Shown piece after piece: positions 11,907 to 24,947 of a stretch of 34,461 bases of DNA. Below the pieces are notes generated by a model. That model did not search any database. It was not told where the DNA came from and worked only from the letters and a program-made list of their open reading frames with translations. This DNA comes from Eledone cirrhosa. Taxonomy: Eukaryota. Both the position numbers and the translations under genes were made by a program. Every line of letters starts with the position of its first letter. Positions within the stretch are counted from its first letter, which is position 1. Location of the stretch: the NCBI GenBank assembly GCA_964016885.1, contig CAXHJY010000131.1, positions 1 to 34,461 on the forward strand. The letters are read 5' to 3'.

Positions 11907-13575
11907 ATAACCTGGACATTATTTTACCAATTTGTAGAAAACTTTTAATGAAACGATCGTTTGGAAAGAGAGATGTATTTTAATTATGTCTCATATAAAA
12001 TAATACAACTGGCTATCCGCAAAATACGTATAGTTAGCACCCCAAACGTATAATTGGGATTATACTAAGGTATATCCTAATGTTTGTTGAGTGAGACGGA
12101 AGCCGGTCGGAGTATTGCTTAAAGCTTTCTCTGTTAATGTATTAAATATTAAACTCTTGATTTGGCCAGGGATGAATATTTCCAGATACATTTTAGGTAT
12201 GACTTTCCGTATTTATTCTTTGTATGAAATATTGATTTCCTTCCGGTATCTTATCTCTGTTTTTAGCCTAAGAAAATACCTATATGCGTGTATAAATAAT
12301 ACATGCATATATTTATTTTTTTATATCCAATTGAGTTCTTCACGCATGGTTAAAATTATTGAAAGAATTGATTGACCCGCGTGCATATTATTTTATGTAT
12401 TTCGATGACCTCCCCTTTCCGCTTTTTGGCAGTGTGAGATCTCGCATTGTGAGACTGCTGGAATTTCAAATTTGGCGGTCATTCTAGCACGGAGGAGTAC
12501 CATCGCTGAATATTAATATCGGTAAGAATTTTTTTTATAACGATATTTGTCGGGCATCCACTAATAATTTATAAGTGGGTACCTACATATATTCCTATGG
12601 ACTATGTGTAGGCTTCTACATAACCTGGACATTATTTTCGCAATTTGTAGAAAACTTATAATGAAACGATCGTTTGGAAAGAGAGATGTATTTTAATTAT
12701 GTCTCATATAAAATAATACAACTGGCTATCCGCAAAATACGTATAGTTAGCACCCCAAACGTATAATTGGGATTATACTAAGGTATATCCTAATGTTTGT
12801 TGAGTGAGACGGAAGCCGGTCGGAGTATTGCTTAAAGCTTTCTCTGTTAATGTATTAAATATTAAACTCTTGATTTGGCCAGGGATGAATATTTCCAGAT
12901 ACATTTTAGGTATGACTTTCCGTATTTATTCTTTGTATGAAATATTGATTTCCTTCCGGTATCTTATCTCTGTTTTTAGCCTAAGAAAATACCTATATGC
13001 GTGTATAAATAATACATGCATATATTTATTTTTTTATATCCAATTGAGTTCTTCACGCATGGTTAAAATTATTGAAAGAATTGATTGACCCGCGTGCATA
13101 TTATTTTATGTTTTTCGATGACCTCCCCTTTCCGCTTTATGGCAGTGTGAGATCTCGCATTGTGAGACTGCTGGAATTTCAAATTTGGCGGTCATTCTAG
13201 CACGGAGGAGTACCATCGCTGAATATTAATATCGGTAAGGTTATTTTTTTTATCGATATTTGTCGGGCATTCACTGATAATTTATAAGTGGGTACCTACA
13301 TATATTCCTATGGACTATGTGTAGGCTTCTACATAACCTGGACACTATTTTCCTAATTTGTAGAAAACCTATAATGATACGATCGTTTGGAAAGAGAGAT
13401 GTATTTTAATTATGTCTCATATAAAATAATACAACTGGCTATCCGCAAAATACGTATAGTTAGCACCCCAAATGTATAATTGGGATTATACTCAGGTATA
13501 TCCTAATGTTTGTTGAGTGAGACGGAAGCCGGTCGGAGTATTGTTTAAAGCTTTCTCTGTTAATGTATTAAATAT
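11907..13575. repeat. Head-to-tail tandem array, 713-bp unit, ~2.3 copies
   Basis: CCTGGAC anchor at 11911, 12624 and 13337 (period 713); roughly a dozen differences between copies 1 and 2 by eye; the ORF track shows identical ORFs at 12091 and 12804. Confidence 0.97.
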
Positions 13576-13800
13576 ATATATATATATATTTATAGATAGA
13601 TATAGATATATATTATATATATACATTATATATATTATATAGATATATATGATATATATCCTTTATATATTATATATATACTATATACATTATATATATT
13701 ATATAGATATTATATATATACTATATACATTATATATATTATATATATATTATATATATATCCTATATATTTTTTATATACATATTTTATATATATATCC

Positions 13801-13932
13801 AGAAATAACCGTCGAAACGCCTTGAGCTCTGCCGTCGGGATCATACTTTTTCTTATTTTACACTCTACTATCCTAAGTATTGAGCACTCTGGTGCGTTAT
13901 GGTCCAGTTGGTTCCTTACCACAACACCTTCG
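13801..13932 (+). mobile_element. TA-embedded element, right inverted partner of 11741-11848
   Basis: Ends ...GGTTCCTTACCACAACACCTTCG, the reverse complement of 11741 CGAAGGTGTTGTGGTAAGGAACC. Confidence 0.88.
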
Positions 13933-13934
13933 AG

Positions 13935-13966
<32 letters not shown>

Positions 13967-14181
13967 GCAGGCAGGCAGGCAGGCGAGCTGTTGTTACGGT
14001 AACAGGCCCACCGTCTATCATCTCCCTTTCATCTTTACTATAGCAAGACTCTGATAGTCCAACTCTAGTCTTCGGTACCTCTAATTAGTATTTCAGACAT
14101 ATTTGAAACCATCTACTCTATTCTTCTTGTTGTTATTGTTGTTGTCCACACATCTGCTTAGAATTTATTTCTTTGAGGGGG

Positions 14182-14496
14182 TATATATATATATGTGTGT
14201 GTGTGTGTGTATATATATGTGTATATATATATATGTATATATATGTATATATATGTATGTATATATATGTGTATATATATATGTATATATATATGTATAT
14301 ATATATGTATATACACATATATATATGAGTATATATATATGTATATATATATATGTATATACACATATATATATGAGTATATATATATGTATATACACAT
14401 ATATATATATGAGTATATATAAATGTATATATATATACACATATATATGACTATATATATATATACATATATATACATATATATACATATATATAC

Positions 14497-14545
<49 letters not shown>

Positions 14546-14559
14546 CACATATATACATA

Positions 14560-14591
<32 letters not shown>

Positions 14592-14780
14592 CACATACAT
14601 ATATATACACATATATACACATACATATATATACATATATATACACATACATATATATACACATACATACACATACATACATATATATACACATACATAC
14701 ACATACATACATATATATACATACACATACATATATATACATCTCTCTCTCTATACATACATACATACATACATACATAC
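14182..14780. repeat. Compound TA/TATG/TACA microsatellite
   Basis: Direct observation. Confidence 0.95.
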
Positions 14781-15247
14781 CTATATAGATGATTGTACGC
14801 GTGCGTACACTCTGCAGGTCAAGCAAGAAAAGCAGAACATCAGGACACACTCACACACATAAACACTTATTCACACACACTCTGACACACACACTCTGAC
14901 ACATACATTCTCACACACACATACTCACTCACTCACACCCACACACACATACTTACACACTTCCATCGAGTGGTTGAAGTGCGGGCACGTGCCTTATTCC
15001 GCGCGCGAGAAAACAAACCTTCCCCCCCCCCTCACACACACACTTACCCAAGGGGTTTAATTTCAACAAATCAGTGGGGTCGGGTGGGTTGGGGTAGGTT
15101 GGGCTATTGAAAGATTTAGGGGTGGTGTAGGTAGCGGGGATTGGATGGAACCCGAGGAACCTTAGATATCTGGCCAACCCCGAAAAGTTCTACCCAGGGA
15201 CTGAAATCAAAGCAAACGAAAAGGAAATCAGCCAACCAAGGGAACCT

Positions 15248-15642
15248 ACCCACCACCACACCGCCACCACCACACTGCTATCATTACTACCACCATCACC
15301 ACCACCACATCACCACTACACCACTATCACCACCACCACACCACTATCATCACCACCATCACCACCATCACCACCACCACCATCACCACCAACCCACCAC
15401 TACACCGCCGCCATCACACCACCTACGCACTACCATCACCACCACCACCACCACACCACCATCACCACACCACCACCACCACATCATCACCACCACCACA
15501 CCACCACCACCGCCACACCACCATCACCACCAACCCACCACCACACCGCCTCCACCACACCACCATCACCACCTACGCACTACCACCACCATCACCACCA
15601 CCGCACCACTATCACCACCATCATCACCACCACCACAATCAC
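15248..15642. repeat. (CAC)n-rich low-complexity tract
   Basis: Imperfect CAC/CAT triplets. Confidence 0.9.
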
Positions 15643-15644
15643 CC

Positions 15645-15950
15645 CAAGTAAAGGGTCGAAACACCGCGGTTGATTCGATCAACTGAACAACTTGCTCGTG
15701 GAATTAACATTCAATGGGCTGAGCATTCCACAGTCACGTGTAATCTTAGCATAGTTCTCAGGGAGATCCAGTGTGACGCAGAATATGATAAAGTTGGCCC
15801 TTCCAATTACAGGTACATCTTATTTCTGCCATGTTAGTGGACTGGGGCAACGTGAAGTAAAGAGTCTTGCTGAAGGAGGTAATGTGTCACTTGGAATCGA
15901 ACTCACCACCTTACGGTAGCGAGCCGAATACTCTAACCTTTAAACCACGT
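15645..15950 (-). mobile_element. tRNA-derived SINE family B, diverged, near full length
   Basis: Minus-strand head CGTGGTTTAAAGGTTAGAGTATTCGGCT...GTGAGTTCGATTCC (A and B boxes); shares its core with 10320. Confidence 0.8.
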
Positions 15951-16819
15951 GACATCCATAACAACAAAGACACCAACATCGACAGCTTTAATTAGAACAC
16001 CAACAACAATAACAACGACAATCACACCACCACCAACAACAACAATAACAACACGACAACCACACCAACAACGACACCAACAACGACACCAACAACGACA
16101 CCAACAACAACACCAACAACAACACCATCACCGTCACCACCAACGCCACCACAACAATAACAACACCACTACCAACGCCGCCACAACAATAACAACACCA
16201 CTACCAACGCCGCCACAACAATAACAACAACAACACAGTAGGAAACATGACTCCATTAAATTAGAAGTTATGTAGGAAGTAAATAGATGACGGCCATTTA
16301 TAAATTTGAGAAATGTTTGACAATGATCTTAAATTTCTGACAACATTTTATATATATTTATCTCACATTATATATATTTTGTTCTTGCTTCATTTGATAT
16401 TTTTTTATTTTCTTATTTTGGGGGGTTTTGTTTGTTTTGTTTCCAGTGATACCCGTTTCTCGGGCAGGGTACTAGTTTCCAGGGTTTGCCTTAAACGCCC
16501 AGAATATTAAATTGCTCTATTCTATCGACATAGCGAGACCAAATATTTTATGCATGTTTATAAATATGTGTGTGTATATATATATATATTGTGTGTGTGG
16601 TTGTGTGTGTGAATGTATATACTGTTGTCACACTTTCTCATATATTATCTTTGTCACAAATACACATTATATATGTGTGCGTAATCACATAAATAAACAC
16701 ATGTATATACATACGTTTGTATATACATATATATACACAGAGAGACAGAGAGAGAGACATACATACATACATACATACATACATACATACATACATACAT
16801 ACATACATACATACATACA

Positions 16820-16911
<92 letters not shown>

Positions 16912-16915
<4 letters not shown>

Positions 16916-16998
16916 AAAAGAGTCAAGACTCCGACGACTGAGCTCCGGCCGCTACTGCCCTCAGTATCGAGTAATCTGATGCGTTATGGCCCACCTGC

Positions 16999-16999
<1 letters not shown>
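16912..16999. mobile_element. Rearranged, diverged fragment of the 11741/13801 family between pure (TA)n tracts
   Basis: 16914-16950 resembles 11797-11831; 16952-16992 resembles 13865-13906. Confidence 0.65.
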
Positions 17000-17049
<50 letters not shown>

Positions 17050-17075
17050 CAGTTGAATAGGAGGTTAATTATTGA

Positions 17076-17129
17076 TAATGCTCCGATGACACCAAACGAG
17101 AGATTGTAAGAAACGATTGTCAGCTATTA
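17076..17129 (+). ncRNA. Decayed hammerhead motif
   Basis: TAATGCT-CCGATGA(17083)-20 nt-GAAAC(17110)-gatt-GTC^-AGCTATTA; U4>C change and a broken stem II. Confidence 0.5.
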
Positions 17130-17161
17130 AATGATTTGAACACAACTTTGATAATTGTCTA

Positions 17162-17203
<42 letters not shown>

Positions 17204-17256
17204 ACAGGGAGAAAAAGACGATTATTAGGGAGTAAAATTTATGTGTGTGTGTGTGA

Positions 17257-17630
17257 AACCAACCGAGCTCATGGATGTTATCCAACCATCTTGCTCGGGG
17301 TCTACCCCTGGGTCTCCCGCCTGTTGGTTTTGCCCGTAAAATTTGTCCAGTGATGTTTTCTGGGACATTCTAACCACACGACTATAGCATCGGAGCTGTG
17401 ATCTCTCCATTCATAGAAGTAGTGACTCTACCTGGAGAGATTCTCTAATCTCCGAGTTACGCCCTCTATCGAGTAACGTTTCTCTAGACTCTTCAGGGGA
17501 ACCCCATTTCAGCCATTTGTATTTGCAATCGTATTCTTTTGGTCATCACCCTATATTTTTTCCCAGACACTTAGCACAGACTTTGCTGGGGAGGCTTAAC
17601 AAGGTGATCCCTCTATAATTGGAGGAAGTT
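17257..17630 (-). mobile_element. RTE-clade LINE remnant, internally deleted
   Basis: Minus strand encodes the non-LTR RT motif [18 protein letters not shown], joined directly to C-terminal [17 protein letters not shown]...MERSQLR...KPTGGRPRGRPRARWLDNI, with stops and frameshifts. Confidence 0.88.
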
Positions 17631-17649
17631 ATGCATATATATACACATA

Positions 17650-17712
17650 AAGGGCGGTGCCCCAGCATGGCCTCAGCCGGATGGCTGGAACAGGTAAAAG
17701 AATAAAAGAGTA
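17650..17712 (+). mobile_element. SINE 3' end fragment
   Basis: GGCGGTGCCCCAGCATGGCC...GAACAGGTAAAAGAATAAAAGA; recalled as an octopus SINE tail; single copy in this window. Confidence 0.5.
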
Positions 17713-17942
17713 ACACACACACACACACACACATATGTATATATACATACATGCGTATATATATATACATACATATGTATATATACATACATATGTATAT
17801 ATGTATATATACATACATGTATATATATATATGTATATATATACATACATGTGTATATATGTATATATATGCACACATGTGTATATACATACATATACAT
17901 ATATATATATATATATATATCATGTGTATATATGTATATATA

Positions 17943-17979
<37 letters not shown>

Positions 17980-19184
17980 TGTGTATATATGTATATATAT
18001 GCACACATGTATATACATATATGTGTATATACATATATATGTATATCATGTGTATATATGGATATATATACTTGTATATACATGGATATATATACTTGTA
18101 TATACATGTATATACATATAGTGTTGTGTGTGGTGTGTATGGAAAATATATTTAGTGAAACGGAAGTAATTGTCAACGACATGAGATATTTCAAACATGA
18201 GAAAAAATAAAAGAATATAAAATGTTAAAAATTTAAAAAACAAACACTGGAGATATTCCTTGTGACGTGGCTGGATAACAACAACAACAGCAACAACAAC
18301 AACAGCAGCAACATCATCATCAATAGCAACAGCAAAAACAACAAAAATAGCAGCAACAGAAACAAAAACAAAAACTGCTTCAACATCAATGACATCAATA
18401 GCAACAACATCAAGATCAATAACAACAATAACAACAACAATAACTTCAACAACAACGATAAATACAAAAGCAGTAGCTATAACAACAACAAACACCGAGG
18501 ACAGATTCCTTGTGAGTTGTCTGAATAAATGGAACTACAACTATAACAAGAACCACTACTACAACAACCACAACAACCAACAACAAAAACTACTACTACT
18601 ACAACAACAGCCAACCAACCACCACAACAGCAACAACAACAATGACAGTAATATCAGTAGGTAAACCATTCTCCTGTATACCTAACTTAGAAATACCAAC
18701 TAAACTACACATATACTTTAGATAGTTTGGGTATAATGAAACTCTAGTTTCGATTTCTTCTTAAGTATGTTTCACATCACTTTACTTTCATACTTATATT
18801 GATTTCTGGGTATATATATATATATATAATGTATGTATGTATATATGTATATGTACACGCTGTTATATACACAGACTTATAAACACACAGTAACTCACAC
18901 ACAGAGAGACATACGCTCACAATAACTAAATAAGCAAACACAACACCAACAACAACAACAACACCATCAACAAGAAGGTATTAAATTCACAACAGAACCT
19001 ATTGTTTAGGTTAGTTAACACGAAACCTTATTACCCTTGAAACTCTGATATTTTAGTACATATAAACCACCGAAACTACAAAATTGTTTGTGTGGTGTGT
19101 GTGTGTGTGTGTGTGTGAGAGAGTGTGTGTGTGTGTGTGTGTGTATACACGTACTAAAATTACACATAGAGTTAGCAATAAATA

Positions 19185-19682
19185 TACATATGCATATATA
19201 TACATACATACATATATATATATACATATATACATATATATATACATAGTGATATATATATGTATATATATATATGTATATATAGATGTATATATATATG
19301 TATATATATATATATATGTATATATATATGTATATATATGTATATATGTATATGTATATATATATATGTATACATATATATGTATATGTATATATATATA
19401 TGTGTATATATATATATGTATATATGTATATGTATATATGTGTATATGTATATATGTATATATATATATGTATATATATGTATATGTATATATGTATATG
19501 TATATATGTATATATGTATATATGTATATGTATATATGTATATATGTATATATGTATATGTATATATGTATATGTATATATGTATATGTATATATGTATA
19601 TATGTATATATGTATATATGTATATGTATATATATATATATGTATATGTATATATGTGTATATGTATATATGTGTATATATG

Positions 19683-19713
<31 letters not shown>

Positions 19714-20175
19714 GTATATATGTGTATATGTATATGTGTATATATATATATATGTGTATATATGTATGTGTATATATATATATATGTGTGTATATATATA
19801 TGTGTATATATGTATATGTGTATATATATGTATTATATGTATATATATGTATTATATGTATATATATGTATTATATGTATATATATGTATTATATGTATA
19901 TATATGTATTATATGTATATATATGTATTATATGTATATATATGTATTATATGTATATATATGTATTATATGTATATATATGTATTATATGTATATATAT
20001 GTATATATATGTATTATATGTATATATATGTATTATATGTATATATATGTATTATATGTATATATATGTATTATATGTATATATATGTATTATATGTATA
20101 TATATGTATTATATGTATATATATGTATGTATATGTATATGTATGTATGTATATGTATATGTATGTATGTATATG

Positions 20176-20207
<32 letters not shown>

Positions 20208-20401
20208 TATATATGTATGTATGTATATGTATGTATGTATGTATATATATGTATGTATGTATATATATGTATGTGTATGTATATATATGTATGTGTATGT
20301 ATATATATATGTATGTATATGTATATATATATGTATGTATATGTATATATATATGTATGTATATGTATATATATGTATATATATATATGTGTATATATAT
20401 G

Positions 20402-20456
<55 letters not shown>

Positions 20457-20464
20457 CTATCTAT
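19185..20464. repeat. TA/TATG microsatellite including a 19-bp higher-order repeat (~19826-20120)
   Basis: Unit TATTATATGTATATATATG; gives a 19-aa periodicity in the ORF track. Confidence 0.95.
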
Positions 20465-20653
20465 CTAAGGCGGGTAAAATTCCCGAGATCCATGGACGAG
20501 TTCTCTCCAGCGGTCTCTGTCCCTCATTATCGCTGCCATGTCCTGCATCTCCAACAGACCAGTGTCTGTCCTTAGGGCATCAACATTTGTTAACCTTGGT
20601 CTTCCTCTTCTAGTGTGTCCATGTAGGGGCTCCCAAAGGAGCACTGAGTGCAA
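20465..20653 (-). mobile_element. 3' end of an RTE-type LINE ORF
   Basis: [30 protein letters not shown]...[11 protein letters not shown]: the typical RGRPR and DR..WR C-terminus, followed directly by a TAGA/TACA tail. Confidence 0.85.
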
Positions 20654-20705
20654 TATATGTATGTATATATATATATGTATATGTATATATGTATATGTAT
20701 ATATG

Positions 20706-20736
<31 letters not shown>

Positions 20737-21471
20737 GTATATGTATATATATGTATATATATATTATGTATGTATATATATATATGTATATGTATATATA
20801 TATGTATATGTATATATATGTATATGTATATATATGTGTATATGTATATATATGTGTATATGTATATATATGTGTATATGTATATGTATGTATATGTATG
20901 TGTATGTATGTATGTATGTATATGTATATATATGTATGTATATGTATGTATATGTATGTATATGTATATATATGTATGTATATGTATATATATGTATGTA
21001 TATGTATATGTATGTATATGTATGTGTATGTATGTATGTATGTATATGTATGTATATGTATGTATATGTATGTATGTATATATATGTATGTATGTATATG
21101 TATATATGTATATGTATGTATGTATATGTATGTATGTATATATGTATGTATGTATATGTATATATGTATATATATGTATGTATATGTATATATGTATATA
21201 TATGTATGTATGTATATGTATATGTATGTATGTATATGTATGTATATGTATGTATGTATATGTATGTATGTATATGTATGTATATGTATGTATGTATATG
21301 TATGTATATGTATGTATGTATATATATATGTATATATATGTATATGTGTGTATGTATATATATGTATATGTGTGTATGTATATATATATATGTATGTATG
21401 TATATATATGTATATATGTATATATATATATATGTATATATATATATGTATGTATATGTATGTATGTATGT

Positions 21472-21505
<34 letters not shown>

Positions 21506-21538
21506 GTATATATATATATGTATGTATGTATATATATG

Positions 21539-21570
<32 letters not shown>

Positions 21571-21712
21571 TATGTATGTATATATATATATGTATGTATA
21601 TATATATATGTATGTATATATATATATGTATGTATATATATATATATGTATGTATATATATATATGTATGTATATATATATATGTATGTATATGTATGTA
21701 TGTATGTATATG

Positions 21713-21758
<46 letters not shown>

Positions 21759-21767
21759 TATATATAT
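20653..21767. repeat. TA/TATG compound microsatellite
   Basis: Direct observation. Confidence 0.97.
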
Positions 21768-22318
21768 CCACTTGTTTATTGCTAACATATTTGGATGAAA
21801 GTTTTAGGTTTGAAGTCTGTTGAAATGGTAACGTTGGAATATTTATGGGAAAATTATCTTTGAAATTCCATTTAGTTCATCGTTCCGCTCATAATAATAG
21901 TCCATTCTAAAATAACACTTTTTGAAATAGCAGACGACACCAACTTTTAGCCAAAGCAACAAAACGTTACGTCCGCTATTTGTATTTGAGTGTTGTGGTG
22001 TAGAGTTCGTTCGTTTCATTTCTCTCTCTCTCTCTTGCTTGTGCTTTCTTTTTTTATTTCTTCTTTTTTTAGTTATTTCCTTCTTTCTTTCTTTTTATTT
22101 ATTTCTACCCTTGTTTTTTCTTTCCTCTTTCCTTTGTTTTTTCGTTCTTTCTTTCCTTCTTTTACACTCTTTCTTTAATCTTTCTTCCCTACTTTTATAC
22201 TTTTCTAGAATATTTCTCTCTGCACTTATTGTTTTTTCATTCCAAGTCTCCGGTGAAGACACCAAAAGAGTCCCCACTAATTATTTGCGCCACCACAACT
22301 CTCTGGACTTGACACAGC

Positions 22319-22392
22319 ATGAATGAAAGCCGTTTGTTGGACGTCATACACAACTGGGAGGAGCTTCCGTTTGATGTGTCTCTAAGCGAGAG
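22319..22392 (+). CDS. Candidate first coding segment (MNESRLLDVIHNWEELPFDVSLSE) within candidate exon 22247-22392
   Basis: Long pyrimidine tract, then CCAAG| at 22246; ATG at 22319 preceded by an in-frame TGA; weak donor AG|GTTTCC at 22393. Product unknown. Confidence 0.3.
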
Positions 22393-22414
22393 GTTTCCTA
22401 ATTGTGCATCACCA

Positions 22415-22640
22415 ATAATCTGTAGGTGTGTCACAACACTTTAGTGTACAAAAGATACTTTCTGGGTGTGTCACAACACTTTAGTGTACAAAAGATACTC
22501 TCTAGGTGTTTCACAACACTTTAGTGTGTTACAGATAATCTCTGAGTGTGTCACAATATTTTAGTGTACAAAAGATAATCTCTGGGTGTATCACAACACT
22601 TTAGTGTTACAGATAATCTTTAGGTGTGTCACAACACAGT
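22415..22640. repeat. 40-bp minisatellite, ~5.5 copies
   Basis: GGTGTGTCACAACACTTTAGTGTACAAAAGATAMTCTCTR units at 22425, 22465, 22505, 22545, 22585 and 22623. Confidence 0.93.
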
Positions 22641-23100
22641 GTCGCGTGGCAAATAATCACCTTTTGAGGTTAAGCAGACGAGGTGATGAAATGCTAATGA
22701 GTTGTTCAATAACTATGAAACACATCGGTTCGATTCCCAGGCCAAGCAGTCCTGAAAGCCCCTCGGGGTACTAATTTCACAGCAAAATTAAATGGCTATT
22801 GATAAGGACACCGTATATGTGTATATATATAAAATAAAATAATGAAAGTTTTCCCACACTTGGGTTATAATCACAAATGTTCCACTTCCCCTTCCCCCCC
22901 CCCCCCCCCCCCATCCACTCCTTTTCCTAAGTAGAGGTGTCATCTAATGTCACAATTCTTACAAATTTCTCCCAAATGTATATCCATATCGCGCCTGTAT
23001 ATATGTATGTATGTAATTAATGTGTGTGTGTGTGTTGTCATGTTTGCAAATGAATTATGTCCCTGTAGTGTTCGAAGACTTTCACGTATGTGTGTGTGTG

Positions 23101-23142
<42 letters not shown>

Positions 23143-23289
23143 TACAAACATATTTACACGCACGTACACACAAATATATATATATTCATACATATATATA
23201 TATATGTACATATACATATATATATACATATACACACACACATATATATATACATACATATATATATATATACACGCACACGCACACGC

Positions 23290-23330
<41 letters not shown>

Positions 23331-23642
23331 CATACATACACACACACATCTATATATATATACATACACACACACACACACATATATACATACATACATA
23401 CATACACACACAAAATCGTTGATTGACAACAGGTGACAATTTTTAGATGGTTATGAGAAGTCATACATTTTTACAGTTTATCGGCGGCGGAGGCTGGGAG
23501 AATACTTCAGCTAAATAGTCAAGAGTTAACCAGTGTATGTATGTGTGTGTATGTGGGCATGTGTGTGTGTGTGTGTGTGTATGTTCGTTCCTAAAGTATG
23601 TGTATACTACATGTATATACACACATACCATGATCTTCTCGA

Positions 23643-23673
<31 letters not shown>

Positions 23674-23793
23674 TACATAGACACACACCATATATATATA
23701 TATATGGTGTGTGTCTATATATATATGGTGTGTCTAAATATATATATATATATATTTATATATATATTATATATATATATATGTATGTATGTA

Positions 23794-23836
<43 letters not shown>

Positions 23837-24160
23837 ATTTCTCTCACGAAAAGAATTATATATGAGGAGCGACCTTCGATCATGTCATTAGAGTAATTGC
23901 GATACATTGGTATAAAGGGTGTTGTTGTTGGTGGAGGGAGGTGGTGGTGGTGGTGGTGGTCGTGTGATGGTGGTGGTGGTGGGAAATAATGGTGTTGTTG
24001 GAGGTGCTCTTGTTAGAGGTTTGTTTGTTGTTGGTTGTGTTCTGAGAAATAACGTTTTTGTTGGAGATGGTGTTGTTTTTGTTGTTGTTGTTGGTCGTAT
24101 CATATTCACGATCCTCAGGTTGTGACTTCGATTCCTGGTGACGCATTATGTCCTTGAAAA

Positions 24161-24343
24161 TAATAATTGTTTCTACTTTTGGCACAAGGCCAGTAATTAC
24201 CCAGTGCATTACTGGTACTTTATTTTATCGACCCCGTAAGGATGAAAGGCAAAGTTAACCTCGGCGGGATTTGAACTCAGAATGGCAAGGGCCGTAACTA
24301 TGCGTCAAAGCATGGCGTCCGACTCTCTACCGATACTGCCAAT
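24161..24343 (-). mobile_element. SINE family A
   Basis: Reverse complement of the 10022 type; very close to 26049-26229. Confidence 0.9.
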
Positions 24344-24348
24344 TGAAA

Positions 24349-24500
24349 ATAATAATGATTTCTAGTTTAGGCACAAGGCCATTAATATTGGGAAAGACGA
24401 AATTCGATTAAATCGACCCCAATGTATTACTGGTACTTTATTTTATCGACCCTGTAAGGATGAAAGGCAAAGTTAACCTCAGCGAGATTTGAAATCAGAC
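24349..24500 (-). mobile_element. SINE family A, 5'-truncated, adjacent to the previous copy
   Basis: Same core and tail sequence. Confidence 0.85.
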
Positions 24501-24529
24501 CATAACAAAAAACATAACACTACAGTGTA

Positions 24530-24710
24530 ATGTAATATTAATATAATATAATAGAATATATAATATAATATAATATAATATAATATATATTATAATATAA
24601 TATAATATAATATAATATATAATATATTATAATATAATATATAATATAATATAATATAATAAATATAATATAATATAATATAATATAATATATAATGTAA
24701 TATAATATGT
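24530..24710. repeat. (ATATA)n pentanucleotide microsatellite
   Basis: Direct observation. Confidence 0.93.
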
Positions 24711-24907
24711 ATTGTGCACTCAACAAAATAACAGATATTAAAAATAACAAATCTAATTTTCATAGGGCAAAAGATAGTGTATATATAATATATATATATA
24801 AAATTATATATGTGTGTGTTTATATATATATATATAATTATATATGTGTGTGTTTATATATATAATTATATATGTGTGTGTTTATATATATAATTATATA
24901 TGTGTGT

Positions 24908-24947
<40 letters not shown>

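Noticed and set aside
12091-12375. 94-aa ORF duplicated at 12804-13088
   Set aside because: GTG start and no recognisable domain; identity between copies simply reflects the recent duplication. Not called as CDS, though not excluded.
15141-16224. Poly-His/Pro/Thr/Gln ORFs
   Set aside because: CAC/CAA triplet repeats interrupted by a SINE; no splice or domain evidence.
18245-18666. Asn/Gln-rich ORFs ending near AG|GTAAAC
   Set aside because: AAC microsatellite with a short local duplication (ATTCCTTGTGA); no acceptor site, and the frames are inconsistent.
22415-22640. CRISPR-like periodicity
   Set aside because: No unique spacers, no cas genes, eukaryotic context.
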